This document shows positions 25,989-35,950 of a stretch of 64,000 nt of DNA, piece by piece. This DNA is from an uncultured Acidimicrobiia bacterium (GTDB taxonomy: Bacteria; Actinomycetota; Acidimicrobiia; Spongiisociales; UBA5794). The notes under the pieces are model-generated. The model ran no database searches, was not told the origin of the DNA, and saw only the letters and a list, made by a program, of their open reading frames with translations. A program made the translations under genes and the position numbers. Within the stretch, counting starts at the first letter, position 1, and the number at the start of each line of letters is the position of its first letter. Location: the NCBI GenBank assembly GCA_963704825.1, contig CAVPHV010000017.1, forward strand, positions 234,994 to 298,993. The letters run 5' to 3'.

Positions 25989-28214
25989 TCACCCCGGCCC
26001 CACCTCCACCGGAATGCCGTTCAGCACCGCGTTGCCCGACAAAGGGTCGATGTCGTCTCCAGCGAGGACATTGGAGTTCACTCCTGGGCGGCGGGAGGCC
26101 ACCGTCAGGTCGATGCCCGGGAGGTCGTGGCCCCAGCCGTGGGGGAGGCTGACGACGCCGGGCATGATGTCCGTGGTGATCTCGATCGGCGCGGCGACGG
26201 ATCCTGCGCCCGAGGTGACGCGGGCAGTATCTGATCCAGCCAGGCCGAGGCGCGTCGCGTCCACCGGATGGATCTGCAGCGTGCAGCGCTCCTGACCCTT
26301 GACGAGGACCTCGACGTTGTGCATCCACGAGTTGTTGGAGCGCAGGTGGCGGCGACCGACGAGCACCATGGCGCCGTTGCCCGGGGCGGCGGCGGCTTCG
26401 AGCCTGGCCAGGTCGGCGATGATGGCCTCAGGAGCCAGCTCGACCTGTCCCGACGGGGTTGCCAGCACCTCAGGGAGGCGAGGCTGGAGCGGTCCGAGGT
26501 CGATGCCGTGCGGGTGGCGGCGGAGTCGTTCGAGGTTGAGCCCATCGGAGTTGTGCCCATATCCATCGCCGTACGGCCCGACACGTACCAAGTAGTCGAG
26601 TATCCGTTCCGGGCCGCGGTCGCCCGCGGTGGCGGCGATGATCTCAGCAGCGTTCCGGCCGCTGATGGTGGAGGCCGGGTCGCCGACGCCGCGCCCGACC
26701 ATGGTGGCGAAGACCATGTCGTCGAACTGGTCGAGGTCGGCGTCGGGGCCCATCCCCGAGACGACGGCTGCCAACCGCAGCAAGGTACGCCATTCCGGCT
26801 CGGCACCTGGCTCGGCGGGGAGCACGGCTGGGGAGTAATTGGCAACGTTGTGGACGGCGAGGGCCCCAAAGGCGAAGTCGTAGTGAGGTCGGCGCAGCGC
26901 CGGCGGCGCCGGGAGAATCACATCGGCGTGACGGGTGGTTTCGTTGCGGTAGATGTCGACGCTGACCATGAAATCGAGTTGGCCGAGGGCGGCGTCGAGC
27001 CGCTCGCTGTGCGGGGTGGACAGGACCGGATTGCCCGCCACCGTGATCAGGGCACGGACCCTGCCGTCTCCCGGGGTCGTGATCTCATCGGCCAGGCCGG
27101 CGACCGGCAACTCGCCGCGCACCTCAGGATGACCCCCGGTCCGGCTCGTCCAGCGTCCGGTCGTCCAGCCGCGCTTGGGGCGGGGCTGTTCGTGGGCCGC
27201 CTTCGGAAACATCGCCCCACCGGGCCGATCGAGGTTGCCGGTCAGCGCGTTGAGGACATCGACCAACCAGGCGCCGAGCGTTCCGAATCGCACGGTGTGG
27301 GTGCCGATTCGGCCGTAGACGGCGGCGGTCTCGGCTGCGGAGAGTTCACGGGCGAGACGGCGAATGGTGGTGGCATCGATGCCGCAGATGGCAGCGACTC
27401 GCTCAGGCGGGAAGCCTTCGGTGGCGGCTCCAACGTCACCGACGCCGCGGAGGTGATCGGCGGCCGGTCCGAGTTCGACGAGGCCTTCGTCGAACAGCAC
27501 GTGCCCCATCGCAGCGAGCAGGTACACGTCGGTGCCGGGCTGGATGAATAGATGCTCGTCGGCGGCCTTGGCGGTCCGGCTGCGCCGGGGATCAACCACC
27601 ACGACCCGGCCCCCGCGCTCTCTGATCGCGTCGAGCCGTCCCGGCCAATCGGGCGCGGTGGCCAGGCTGCCGTTCGAGGCGCGCGGGTTGGCGCCGAGGA
27701 TGAGCAGGTAGTCGGTGCGGTCGATGTCGGGCACCGGAATGATGTCGGGGTGGCCGAACATCAGGCCGCACGAAACGTGCTTGGGCATCTGGTCGACGGT
27801 ACTGGCGCTGTAGAGGCTCCGGCTGCGCAGCGCCCGGATCAGCACCCGGTTGTAGAGCGGACCCGACATGGCGTGCACGTTGGGATTACCGAGATAGAGG
27901 GCGACGGCGTTGGGCCCGTGCGCGGTGATCACGGGAACCAGGTTGTCCGCAATGTGTGCGAAGGCTTCATCCCACGTCGCAGGCTCGAATTTGCCGTCGC
28001 GTTTGATCATCGGTTGCCGCACCCGGTCGGGGTCGGCGTCGAGCTGTTTCAGGGTCGAACCCTTTGGGCAGATGAACCCGCGGCTGAACACGTCGTCCCG
28101 GTCACCTCGGATCCGCACCACGGCGTCGTCGCGGACGGAGATCTCGAGCCCACAGGTGGCCTCGCAGAGTGGGCACGTTCGAAAGGCCAGTCGAGTGGTG
28201 TCGTCGGAGTTCAT
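25989..28214 (-). CDS. Molybdopterin-dependent oxidoreductase with a 4Fe-4S cluster
   Basis: 'CPLCEATCG...FICPKG', 'LILGANP', 'VVDPRR', C-terminal 'SNNSWMHN', 'HPVDA', 'LPHGWGH'. Confidence 0.92.
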   Translation of the reverse strand: MNSDDTTRLAFRTCPLCEATCGLEISVRDDAVVRIRGDRDDVFSRGFICPKGSTLKQLDADPDRVRQPMIKRDGKFEPATWDEAFAHIADNLVPVITAHGPNAVALYLGNPNVHAMSGPLYNRVLIRALRSRSLYSASTVDQMPKHVSCGLMFGHPDIIPVPDIDRTDYLLILGANPRASNGSLATAPDWPGRLDAIRERGGRVVVVDPRRSRTAKAADEHLFIQPGTDVYLLAAMGHVLFDEGLVELGPAADHLRGVGDVGAATEGFPPERVAAICGIDATTIRRLARELSAAETAAVYGRIGTHTVRFGTLGAWLVDVLNALTGNLDRPGGAMFPKAAHEQPRPKRGWTTGRWTSRTGGHPEVRGELPVAGLADEITTPGDGRVRALITVAGNPVLSTPHSERLDAALGQLDFMVSVDIYRNETTRHADVILPAPPALRRPHYDFAFGALAVHNVANYSPAVLPAEPGAEPEWRTLLRLAAVVSGMGPDADLDQFDDMVFATMVGRGVGDPASTISGRNAAEIIAATAGDRGPERILDYLVRVGPYGDGYGHNSDGLNLERLRRHPHGIDLGPLQPRLPEVLATPSGQVELAPEAIIADLARLEAAAAPGNGAMVLVGRRHLRSNNSWMHNVEVLVKGQERCTLQIHPVDATRLGLAGSDTARVTSGAGSVAAPIEITTDIMPGVVSLPHGWGHDLPGIDLTVASRRPGVNSNVLAGDDIDPLSGNAVLNGIPVEVGPG

Positions 28215-28227
28215 GCTCCGAGCGTAC

Positions 28228-29418
28228 TCACGCGACTTCGAACAGACCGGCCGCTCCTTGCCCGCCGCCGACGCACATGGTCACGAGGCCGAACCGGCCC
28301 CCGGTGCGCTTGAGGTGACGGAGGATCTGCCCGACCATCCTCGCCCCACTCATCCCGTAGGGGTGCCCGAGCGAGATCGAGCCGCCCATCGGGTTCAGCT
28401 TCTCGTCGGGGATCTCCAGAACCCGCTGGCAGTACAACACCTGGGAGGCGAAGGCCTCGTTGAGTTCGACGATGTCGATGTCGTCGAGGGTCATGCCCAC
28501 CATGTCGAGCAGCTTGGGCACGGCCTCGACCGGGCCGATTCCCATCTCGTCCGGATCGACACCCGCAACCTGGAAGCCACGGAAGATGCCGAGGGGCTCG
28601 AGGCCGAGGGCGTCGGCGCGCTCGGTCGACATCACCACTGCAGCGGAAGCCCCGTCGGCGAACTGCGAGGAGTTGCCCGCGGTCACCGAGCCGTTCTCGG
28701 GATCGAACACCGGTGGCAGCGAGGCGAGCCCTTCGAGGGTGGTGGTGGGCCGGTTGCACTCGTCGTGATCACACACGTAGTCCGTTTCCACTCCGAAGCT
28801 GCCGTCGGCTTGCTTGACGGCCCGATCGACCGTCATCGGCGCGATGTCCGCGGCGTACCAGCCCTGTTCCTGGGCGTGGGCTACCCGTTGCTGCGACATC
28901 AGGGAGTAGGCATCTTGATCTTCACGGGAGATGCCGTAGCGCTTGGCGACGATTTCGGCGGTTGCGCCCATGGAGAGGTAGATGCCGGGCCAGTCCTTCA
29001 TCAATGGCTCGTTGTAGAGATCGACACTGCGAAAGTTGTCGTTCTGGACGAGCGAAATCGACTCGACGCCTCCGGCGATGATCGTGTCGACCTCACCTAC
29101 CATCACCCGATGCGACGCCATGGCGATGGTGTTGAGACCAGACGAGCAGAAGCGGTTGACGGTGGTGCCCGGTACCGATGAGGGAAGCCCGGCCCGCAGC
29201 GCGGCGATACGGCCCACATTCTGACCTGAAGGGCCCTCAGGAAGCCCGCAGCCGAGGATGACATCTTCGACATCTGCGTCGGCAACGGCCGGGACGTCGG
29301 CGAGCGCAGCACGGATGGCGTGGGCCGCTTGGTCGTCTGGTCTGGTCATGTTGAACGAACCGCGATATCCCTTGGTGAGCGGGGTTCGTTTGCTGGCGAC
29401 GACAACGGCTTCACGCAT
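28228..29418 (-). CDS. Acetyl-CoA C-acyltransferase (thiolase)
   Basis: 'NRFCSSG', 'NEAFA', 'GHPYGMSG', 'CVGGGQG'. Confidence 0.95.
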   Translation of the reverse strand: MREAVVVASKRTPLTKGYRGSFNMTRPDDQAAHAIRAALADVPAVADADVEDVILGCGLPEGPSGQNVGRIAALRAGLPSSVPGTTVNRFCSSGLNTIAMASHRVMVGEVDTIIAGGVESISLVQNDNFRSVDLYNEPLMKDWPGIYLSMGATAEIVAKRYGISREDQDAYSLMSQQRVAHAQEQGWYAADIAPMTVDRAVKQADGSFGVETDYVCDHDECNRPTTTLEGLASLPPVFDPENGSVTAGNSSQFADGASAAVVMSTERADALGLEPLGIFRGFQVAGVDPDEMGIGPVEAVPKLLDMVGMTLDDIDIVELNEAFASQVLYCQRVLEIPDEKLNPMGGSISLGHPYGMSGARMVGQILRHLKRTGGRFGLVTMCVGGGQGAAGLFEVA

Positions 29419-29535
29419 GCTGTGCTCCTCGGTGCGACCTGGGTCCAGGGTAACCGTCGGAGCCTCCGTGCGATTCCGTGGCGAGACAGCATTGCCTCTA
29501 CCCTTGAGCCCACATCCCGAAGCGAGGAGAGTCTC

Positions 29536-30363
29536 ATGGGCGTTCTGGCCGGCAAGACGATGTTCATCTCCGGCGCAAGCCGCGGGATTGGGCTGGCGAT
29601 CGCCAAGAGGGTGGCCGCCGACGGCGCCAACGTGGCACTCATCGCCAAGACGGCGGACCCCCACCCCCGGCTGCCGGGCACCGTGTACACCGCGGCGGAG
29701 GAGATCGAAGCCGCCGGTGGACATGCCCTGCCGATCGTCGGCGACATTCGCTACAACGACCAGGTGGAGGACGCCGTCGGCAAGGCCGTCGACCACTTCG
29801 GCGGCATCGACATCTGCGTCAACAACGCCTCGGCCATCAACCTCTCCGGATCTGTCGACCTGCCGATGAAGCAATACGACCTCATGCAGAACATCAACTG
29901 CCGGGGCACGTTCCTCGTCACCCGGACGTGCGTCCCATTCCTCCAAAGGGCCGACAACCCGCATATCTTGACGCTGAGCCCGCCGCTCAACTTCAACCCG
30001 GTGTGGTTCCAGCAGCACGTGGCCTACACCATTGCCAAATACGGCATGAGCATGTGCACGATCGGGTTCGCCAACGAGTTTGCCGCCGACGGGATCGCTG
30101 CCAACAGCCTGTGGCCGCGCACCATCATTGCGACGGCGGCGGTGCAGAACCTGCTCGGCGGCGACGAAGCCATGCGTCGTTCCCGGCGGCCCGAGATCCT
30201 CGCCGACGCTGCCTATGAGATCTTCAAGCTTGACAGCCGCGAGAACACGGGGAACTTCTACATCGACGACGAGATACTCGCCACGGCGGGTATCACCGAT
30301 CTGTCCGGATACGCGTACGTCGAGAACGCGGAACTACAGCGCGATATCTTCCTCGACGAGTAG
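29536..30363 (+). CDS. SDR oxidoreductase (HSDL2-like)
   Basis: 'SGASRGIG', 'NNASAI', 'YTIAK', 'SLWPRT'. Confidence 0.92.
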   Translation: MGVLAGKTMFISGASRGIGLAIAKRVAADGANVALIAKTADPHPRLPGTVYTAAEEIEAAGGHALPIVGDIRYNDQVEDAVGKAVDHFGGIDICVNNASAINLSGSVDLPMKQYDLMQNINCRGTFLVTRTCVPFLQRADNPHILTLSPPLNFNPVWFQQHVAYTIAKYGMSMCTIGFANEFAADGIAANSLWPRTIIATAAVQNLLGGDEAMRRSRRPEILADAAYEIFKLDSRENTGNFYIDDEILATAGITDLSGYAYVENAELQRDIFLDE

Positions 30364-30383
30364 GCGGCCTCGATCCGACCGGT

Positions 30384-30758
30384 TCAGACTCCCGAAAAGG
30401 GTCCGACGGCGCCGCTGGGTACGGCGGTTCCGCAGAACTGGCAGGCGGCCAATCCGGCCCCGACCTTGGCACCACATTCGCGACAGGGCGTCGCTCGCGG
30501 AGTGCGTTTGCCGTCGATGGTGCCGTCTGCGGCGTCGAGCGCCTCGATGCGAGCCTTCAATTGTTCGGCCGTGTAGCCGTTCTCCTCGAGCAGCGTCCAC
30601 ATGGCTTCGAGCACGAGGAGCGCCCGGTCGATCCGGTCGTGGATGTCGAGGAAATCCTCGAGTGTCGGCCCGGTGCCGCTACCGGCGGCCGCCGCCAGCC
30701 GAGCCGACTGCGCGCCGTGTTGGCCGAGAACATATCCCGTGAGGAAGCCGAGTCCCAT
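30384..30758 (-). CDS. Hypothetical protein with a C-terminal zinc ribbon
   Basis: 124 aa; helical N-terminus, CxxC...CxxC. Confidence 0.7.
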   Translation of the reverse strand: MGLGFLTGYVLGQHGAQSARLAAAAGSGTGPTLEDFLDIHDRIDRALLVLEAMWTLLEENGYTAEQLKARIEALDAADGTIDGKRTPRATPCRECGAKVGAGLAACQFCGTAVPSGAVGPFSGV

Positions 30759-30775
30759 CCGAGGGATTTCGACCG

Positions 30776-31276
30776 CTAGGTGTCGTCACTTGACGAGAAA
30801 GTGAACCGGGTGGCCGTGGTCGGGAACGTGGCTTCTCCCCAGGCGAGGCACTTGTCGGCAACGACTCGCCAGAAGTCCGCTCCCGATTGGTCACCGACGA
30901 CGTCGATGCCGTACTTCGCCACGTACGCCTCGGCGATTTGGTCCATCACCTTTGGATCGGTCACTCGTTCGGCCCGACCCTCCAGCATGACGGCGTCGTC
31001 ACCGCTTTCGAGGTGCACGATGATCGGGGACCCGGATCGCAGGTTCCGGCTCTTCACGGCAGTGGCGTCGGTGCCGAAGTGGAGTGCGGCCCCGAGCCAG
31101 ACCCCCCACACGGGAACACAATGGGGTCGGCCGTCGGGCCGGGTGGTACCGATCCAGTAGTTGCGGGCACCGGCCAGGCGGGCAGCGACGTCGGGCCAGC
31201 TCATCAGCCCATCGGCATCTGGTGAGATGCCGTAGCTTGCCGCCAGGTCGGGTCGTTCCGCTTTTGGTGCCACCAA
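30776..31276 (-). CDS. Pyridoxamine 5'-phosphate oxidase-like family protein
   Basis: 'WIGTTRPDGRPHCVPVWGVW', 'KSRNL'. Confidence 0.88.
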   Translation of the reverse strand: MVAPKAERPDLAASYGISPDADGLMSWPDVAARLAGARNYWIGTTRPDGRPHCVPVWGVWLGAALHFGTDATAVKSRNLRSGSPIIVHLESGDDAVMLEGRAERVTDPKVMDQIAEAYVAKYGIDVVGDQSGADFWRVVADKCLAWGEATFPTTATRFTFSSSDDT

Positions 31277-31324
31277 GCGCAGATTACCCCGTTCGGTGAG
31301 GGAGGCCGCTCCGTCGCTCGTCCG

Positions 31325-32713
31325 CTACCCGACGGTTGGGTTGGTGACCTGGCCGATGAACAGGATCTCGCCCGTGCTGCGGTGTTTGATGACAAACAGG
31401 AACGGCCGATCCAACGTCAGGGTTGCCGGTTGCGGCAGCGAGGTGAGACCCAAGATCACGGCCGTAGCCGCGGCTGCTTCGGTGCCCTGCTCGTCGACCT
31501 TGATGAAGGACTTGTGCACGACATCTTGAACGTAGAGTTCCTGGCCTTCGGTGATTCCGGTGAAGTCGGCGGTTCCTGGGCCGCTTGGCGGGATGAAGGC
31601 TTCAACCATGCCGAGTTCCTCGAGGGCGCCCTTGAGCCCGAATTGGGCTTCGAACTCGAATTTCGGCATGGTCAGGTCCACGTCGCGCCGTTCGCCGCTG
31701 CCTCGGACGTCGAGACCGTCGTTCCCGAATGCGGCGGCGACCTCTTCGAAGCGTCCTGGGTCGGGCAGCACAACCACCATGTCGGCGTCGCCGGCATACG
31801 GGATCGCCGCAGCGGCAAAACCGTCCCCGGTGGTGTACGGCATCGTGACTTGGCCGTGCATCATTGGTGCCTCGACGGTGCTGCCGTCGAGCAGGGTGAA
31901 GTCACCGGGAGCGGTCAAGGTCGGTTCGAATTGGGTAGCCCAGTTGGCCTTGAACCAGATGGCGTTGACGAGGACCATCCTGGTGAGCGGGGTGAGGACA
32001 CCTTGCGGGATGAGGTCGAGGATGCGGCCTTCGGTCTTTTCCTCGACCCAGTCGTTGATGGCAATCCTGGCGCCTTCAGTGTCGTTGGCGAAGTCGGCGA
32101 GGTACATGCCGGCGTCGTAGTCGCGGGCCAGCATGTCGAGGAACGCCTCGAGGAAGGGGTAGTCGGGCTGGCCCCACACCGAGTTGGCGGTGTTGATCGT
32201 AAATGGCTGGCTCTCGTCTTCGGGCGCTTGGGGCGGCGTCGCCGTGACCCGCAGGTCGAGTTCGTTGCGGGCGGCGTGGATCCGGTCGTCGAGCAGACTC
32301 AGATGCAGCGTGGTTGCCATCTCTTCTGCCGTGGTAGCCCGCGCCCCGCCGTAGGTCATCGTCAGGGCGGTGACGATGCTGTTCGGGCTGAGCATCGTGT
32401 TCTCGCCCCCGGCGGCGGCGACCCTGAAGATGTCGAAAGCGAACTTGGTGTCGCCGGCGACAAGCGCGGTGATCTCTTCGTCCGTGACGTCGGTTGTGGT
32501 GTCGCGGGGGATCTCGGCCCTGACCAACTCGCCGGTTGTGGCCGGCTCAGGAGAGCCGGTCGGCACCTCGGTATCGGTCGGCGGCGCGGCAGAGGTTGTT
32601 GTCGCAGTCCCGGCGGGTTCGGTCATGGTTGTTGTCGACTCGCTCTCTGCTCCACAAGCTGAGGCAAACACGGCAACAGCCATTGTCATGGCAAGAATGT
32701 GGCGCGTCTTCAT
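31325..32713 (-). CDS. Serpin, lipoprotein
   Basis: Lipobox ASAC; 'SPNSI..AL', 'INDWVEEKTEGRI', 'LVNAIWFKANW', hinge 'DEQGTEAAAATAV', 'DRPFLF'. Confidence 0.95.
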   Translation of the reverse strand: MKTRHILAMTMAVAVFASACGAESESTTTMTEPAGTATTTSAAPPTDTEVPTGSPEPATTGELVRAEIPRDTTTDVTDEEITALVAGDTKFAFDIFRVAAAGGENTMLSPNSIVTALTMTYGGARATTAEEMATTLHLSLLDDRIHAARNELDLRVTATPPQAPEDESQPFTINTANSVWGQPDYPFLEAFLDMLARDYDAGMYLADFANDTEGARIAINDWVEEKTEGRILDLIPQGVLTPLTRMVLVNAIWFKANWATQFEPTLTAPGDFTLLDGSTVEAPMMHGQVTMPYTTGDGFAAAAIPYAGDADMVVVLPDPGRFEEVAAAFGNDGLDVRGSGERRDVDLTMPKFEFEAQFGLKGALEELGMVEAFIPPSGPGTADFTGITEGQELYVQDVVHKSFIKVDEQGTEAAAATAVILGLTSLPQPATLTLDRPFLFVIKHRSTGEILFIGQVTNPTVG

Positions 32714-32737
32714 GGTGATGAGCCTCCTCACCATTAC

Positions 32738-32765
32738 GACGATATCGCGCCCGGCGAGAGTTCCC
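32738..32765 (-). promoter_or_regulatory. Possible ECF-sigma promoter of the serpin gene
   Basis: Minus strand GGGAACT-N17-CGTC, followed by RBS GAGGAGG. Confidence 0.5.
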
Positions 32766-32821
32766 GCTCAGAGGTCCTGGACGTCGAAGCAAGCCCAAGC
32801 CGGCGTTGTTCGACGGTCTCC

Positions 32822-33577
32822 TCAGCTGAACACCGTCTTGGGTCGATCCTGGAATTCGCCGTCGACGTAGATGTCGACCTTCTCGTTGTAGAAGCTGACG
32901 TACCCGGCGATCTTCTGGCTCTCTGCCACCGGCGACGGATACCACCAGACGTGGTTCTCGAACGTTTCGCCCCGGGCGGTGACGTGGTAGTAGGACGCCA
33001 CCCCCTTGTAGGGACACGCCGTGTGGAGTTCCGACGCGGTGAGGAGGTCCATTCGCACGTCGGTCTTCGGAAGGTAGTAGCGGGTCGGCAGCGCGGTTTC
33101 GAACAGCAGGCGGGGCTGGTGGCTGTCGGCGATCCTCTCGCCGTTGATCACGACCTCGATGTGGCGGGAACTCTGCAGGATGTCGACCCGCGAGTACGGG
33201 TCGCGGGCATGGACGTAGACCTCCTCGTCCTCCTCGAACCAGGCGTCCATCGCCGACCAGTCGAAGGTGACGAAGTCGTTGAGCTCTTCGATCTTCGCCG
33301 CGGTGTACCAACGCGCGGCACCGGCAGCTTCTCTGCCGTTGGCCTTGACGGTGTGCAGCTGGGCGGTGCCGCGGCTCGGGCTGCGGTCCTCTTCGCCGGT
33401 TGCGACCAGATAGTCGGTTTGGACGTCGGCGACCGGGAAGTAGTAGGTCGGGTAGTGGGGCTTCTCCCACACGAACTTCACGCTTCCGGAGTCGGCGACG
33501 ACGATGCCCCCGAGCATGGTGCGGACCCGTTTGCCGCCATCTTCGATTCGGATACGTCCGTGGGTTCGTGCCGTCAC
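32822..33577 (-). CDS. Tandem DUF427 domain protein
   Basis: Two DUF427 repeats; 'YYFPVADV' and 'YYLPKTDV', 'CPYKG.ASY', 'SFYNEKVD'. Confidence 0.9.
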   Translation of the reverse strand: MTARTHGRIRIEDGGKRVRTMLGGIVVADSGSVKFVWEKPHYPTYYFPVADVQTDYLVATGEEDRSPSRGTAQLHTVKANGREAAGAARWYTAAKIEELNDFVTFDWSAMDAWFEEDEEVYVHARDPYSRVDILQSSRHIEVVINGERIADSHQPRLLFETALPTRYYLPKTDVRMDLLTASELHTACPYKGVASYYHVTARGETFENHVWWYPSPVAESQKIAGYVSFYNEKVDIYVDGEFQDRPKTVFS

Positions 33578-33701
33578 TGGATTCCTTTGAGTCTGTGGTG
33601 AAACCCACAACCTGGCGTGGTTCGGCCGCATTCCCGGGCCTTTTGGGGCGCCGCCGCCTCGGGGGTTACGCTCGCGGGAACGCCCACTGAAGGGGAGTGC
33701 T

Positions 33702-35267
33702 GTGAGCAACTACGACTACATCATCGTTGGCGCCGGATCCGCCGGATGTGTGTTGGCCAACCGGCTGAGCGGCAACCCCGACCGTTCGGTGCTGTTGCTC
33801 GAGGCCGGGGGATCGGACCGGCGCAAAGAGGTCTTCATCCCGGCGGCGTTTCCCGAGCAGTTCAAGACCGACATCGACTGGGACTACGCCTCCGAGCCCG
33901 AGCCGAACATGGCGGACCGCGAGCTGTACATCCCGCGCGGCAAGATGCTCGGTGGCTCGGGCTCGATGAACGCCATGATCTACATCCGCGGCAGCCGCCA
34001 CGACTACGACGATTGGCGCAACCTGGGCTGCGCGGGGTGGGGCTACGACGACGTGCTGCCGTACTTCAAGCGTTCCGAGAACAATGAGCGGATTCACGAC
34101 GAGTATCACGGCCGCGGCGGCGAGATGAACGTCGCCGACCTCCGCTCGCCTCATGAATACACCCTGGCGTTTGTCGACGCGGCCGCCGAGGTGGGAATGG
34201 AGCGCAACAGCGACTTCAACGGAGCAACCCAAGAGGGCGCCGGCCTGTATCAGGTGACCCAGAAGGGCGGTATGCGGCATTCGACGGCTCGGGCGTTCCT
34301 GCGCCCCGCAATGAAACGGGACAACCTCACCGTGGAGACCGGGGCCCACGCCGGCCGGATCGTCATCGACGGGGGACGTGCCGTGGGCGTCACCTACCGC
34401 CGGGATGGTGCGGTGCGCACGGCGCGCACCGATGGTGAGGTGATCCTGACCGCCGGCGCCCTGGCATCACCGCAGTTGCTGATGCTCTCCGGGGTGGGTC
34501 CCGGCGACGAGTTGGCAGAACACGGCATCGGCGTGGTGGTCGAGTCGCCCCAGGTTGGGGCCAACCTGCAGGATCATCCGGTCATCATGGCGGTGTGGGA
34601 GACGACAAGAGGTCCGAGCCTGACCGACGCCGAGAAGCCGCGTCATTTGCTCGACTACGCCCTGTTCCGCAAGGGCATGCTCAGCTCGAACGTCGGCGAA
34701 GGGGGCGGATTCGTCAAGACGAGGGATGGGCTGGACCGTGCCGACATCCAGTTCCACTTCGGGCCCGCCTACTTCGTTGCACATGGTTTCGAGACATTTG
34801 AGGGCCACGCCTTCTCACTGGGTCCGACGCTGGTGAGCGTCAAGAGTCGCGGTCGCCTGACGCTGCGCTCGGCAGACCCGACCGCAAAGGCTGCCATTCA
34901 CGGCAACTACTTGGATCATCCCGACGACATTCGGTCGTTGGTTGCGGGTCTCGAGATGGCACGCGAGATCGGGCGATCGGCCGCTTTTGACCACTACCGC
35001 GGGACGGAGATCTATCCCGGGCCGGAGTACCAGACGCCGGCGCAGCTCGAGCAGTTCGCCCGGCGACGGGGCGAACTGCTCTACCACCCGGTCGCGACCT
35101 GTGCGATGGGGCCGGGGGACGCCGTCGTCGACGCCGAGTTGCGGGTGCGCGGGGTCGACGGGCTGCGGGTCGCCGACGCCTCGGTCATGCCCTCGGTCAC
35201 CACCGGCAATACCAATGCCCCCACGATCATGATCGCCGAGAAGGCCGCGGACCTGATCACCGGCTGA
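33702..35267 (+). CDS. GMC oxidoreductase (choline dehydrogenase-like)
   Basis: 'GAGSAG', 'RGKMLGGSGSMNAM', 'SPQLLMLSGVG', 'NLQDH', 'HPVATC', 'GNTNAP'. Confidence 0.95.
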   Translation: MSNYDYIIVGAGSAGCVLANRLSGNPDRSVLLLEAGGSDRRKEVFIPAAFPEQFKTDIDWDYASEPEPNMADRELYIPRGKMLGGSGSMNAMIYIRGSRHDYDDWRNLGCAGWGYDDVLPYFKRSENNERIHDEYHGRGGEMNVADLRSPHEYTLAFVDAAAEVGMERNSDFNGATQEGAGLYQVTQKGGMRHSTARAFLRPAMKRDNLTVETGAHAGRIVIDGGRAVGVTYRRDGAVRTARTDGEVILTAGALASPQLLMLSGVGPGDELAEHGIGVVVESPQVGANLQDHPVIMAVWETTRGPSLTDAEKPRHLLDYALFRKGMLSSNVGEGGGFVKTRDGLDRADIQFHFGPAYFVAHGFETFEGHAFSLGPTLVSVKSRGRLTLRSADPTAKAAIHGNYLDHPDDIRSLVAGLEMAREIGRSAAFDHYRGTEIYPGPEYQTPAQLEQFARRRGELLYHPVATCAMGPGDAVVDAELRVRGVDGLRVADASVMPSVTTGNTNAPTIMIAEKAADLITG

Positions 35268-35274
35268 AGAAACC

Positions 35275-35328
35275 CTGTTCCTGCGTGGCTCAAGCGCGGT
35301 TTCTGGTACCGCAGCCACGCCAGAACAG
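35275..35328. repeat. REP-like palindromic element, family A copy 2
   Basis: CTGTTCCTGCGTGGCTCAAGCGCGGTTTCTGGTACCGCAGCCACGCCAGAACAG. Confidence 0.85.
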
Positions 35329-35357
35329 AAGGAATCTGGCCCCGGTAGCATCGCACC

Positions 35358-35936
35358 ATGGCCATCGACATCGCCGGGTTCATCACCTACCTCAAAGACC
35401 ACGCCGTCGAGCACGGTTTCCACGTCCACGACGAGCGGCACTTCATCGAGACCTTCTCGCTGCGCCAGTCATGGGAGGTGGACCTCCACCCGGAGTCGGC
35501 CTGTGATGGACCGCTCGATCTCAACGTTGCCTTTGACGTCGAACCGCGGGTGCTGCTTGCCCTCGAAGATGAAGTGGCGAAGATGGACGGCGATTTCGAG
35601 GAGCCCACCGGCGATTTCCGTCTGCCGCTCCTGTTCAACTGGGCGCTGCCGGTGCTGAAGTCGCCGCCCGATCTCGTCATCCTGGCCACCGAGCTGGCAG
35701 GCGTTGGTGGGCCGGGGCTTCCCATCGAGGTTTCGGGGGTGGCGTCGACCGCGGTGCTGTCGAGCGGGTCGGATCTGCGGTTGTCGATCACCGGTCGAGT
35801 TGAGGTTTCGCTGGTCGAGGTCATGACGGGCCAGGAGACGCTGTGCGAGGTCCTGGATCGCTGCCGCGAGGTGAGCGAGTTTCTCGTCACGGGCGCCGAC
35901 GAGTGGAAAGTCGTTTTCCCCGACGAACTGCCCTGA
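35358..35936 (+). CDS. Hypothetical protein (192 aa)
   Basis: Coding-like composition and codon use; fills the gap; no motif recognised. Confidence 0.8.
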   Translation: MAIDIAGFITYLKDHAVEHGFHVHDERHFIETFSLRQSWEVDLHPESACDGPLDLNVAFDVEPRVLLALEDEVAKMDGDFEEPTGDFRLPLLFNWALPVLKSPPDLVILATELAGVGGPGLPIEVSGVASTAVLSSGSDLRLSITGRVEVSLVEVMTGQETLCEVLDRCREVSEFLVTGADEWKVVFPDELP

Positions 35937-35950
35937 CCGCGTCGCCCGGC

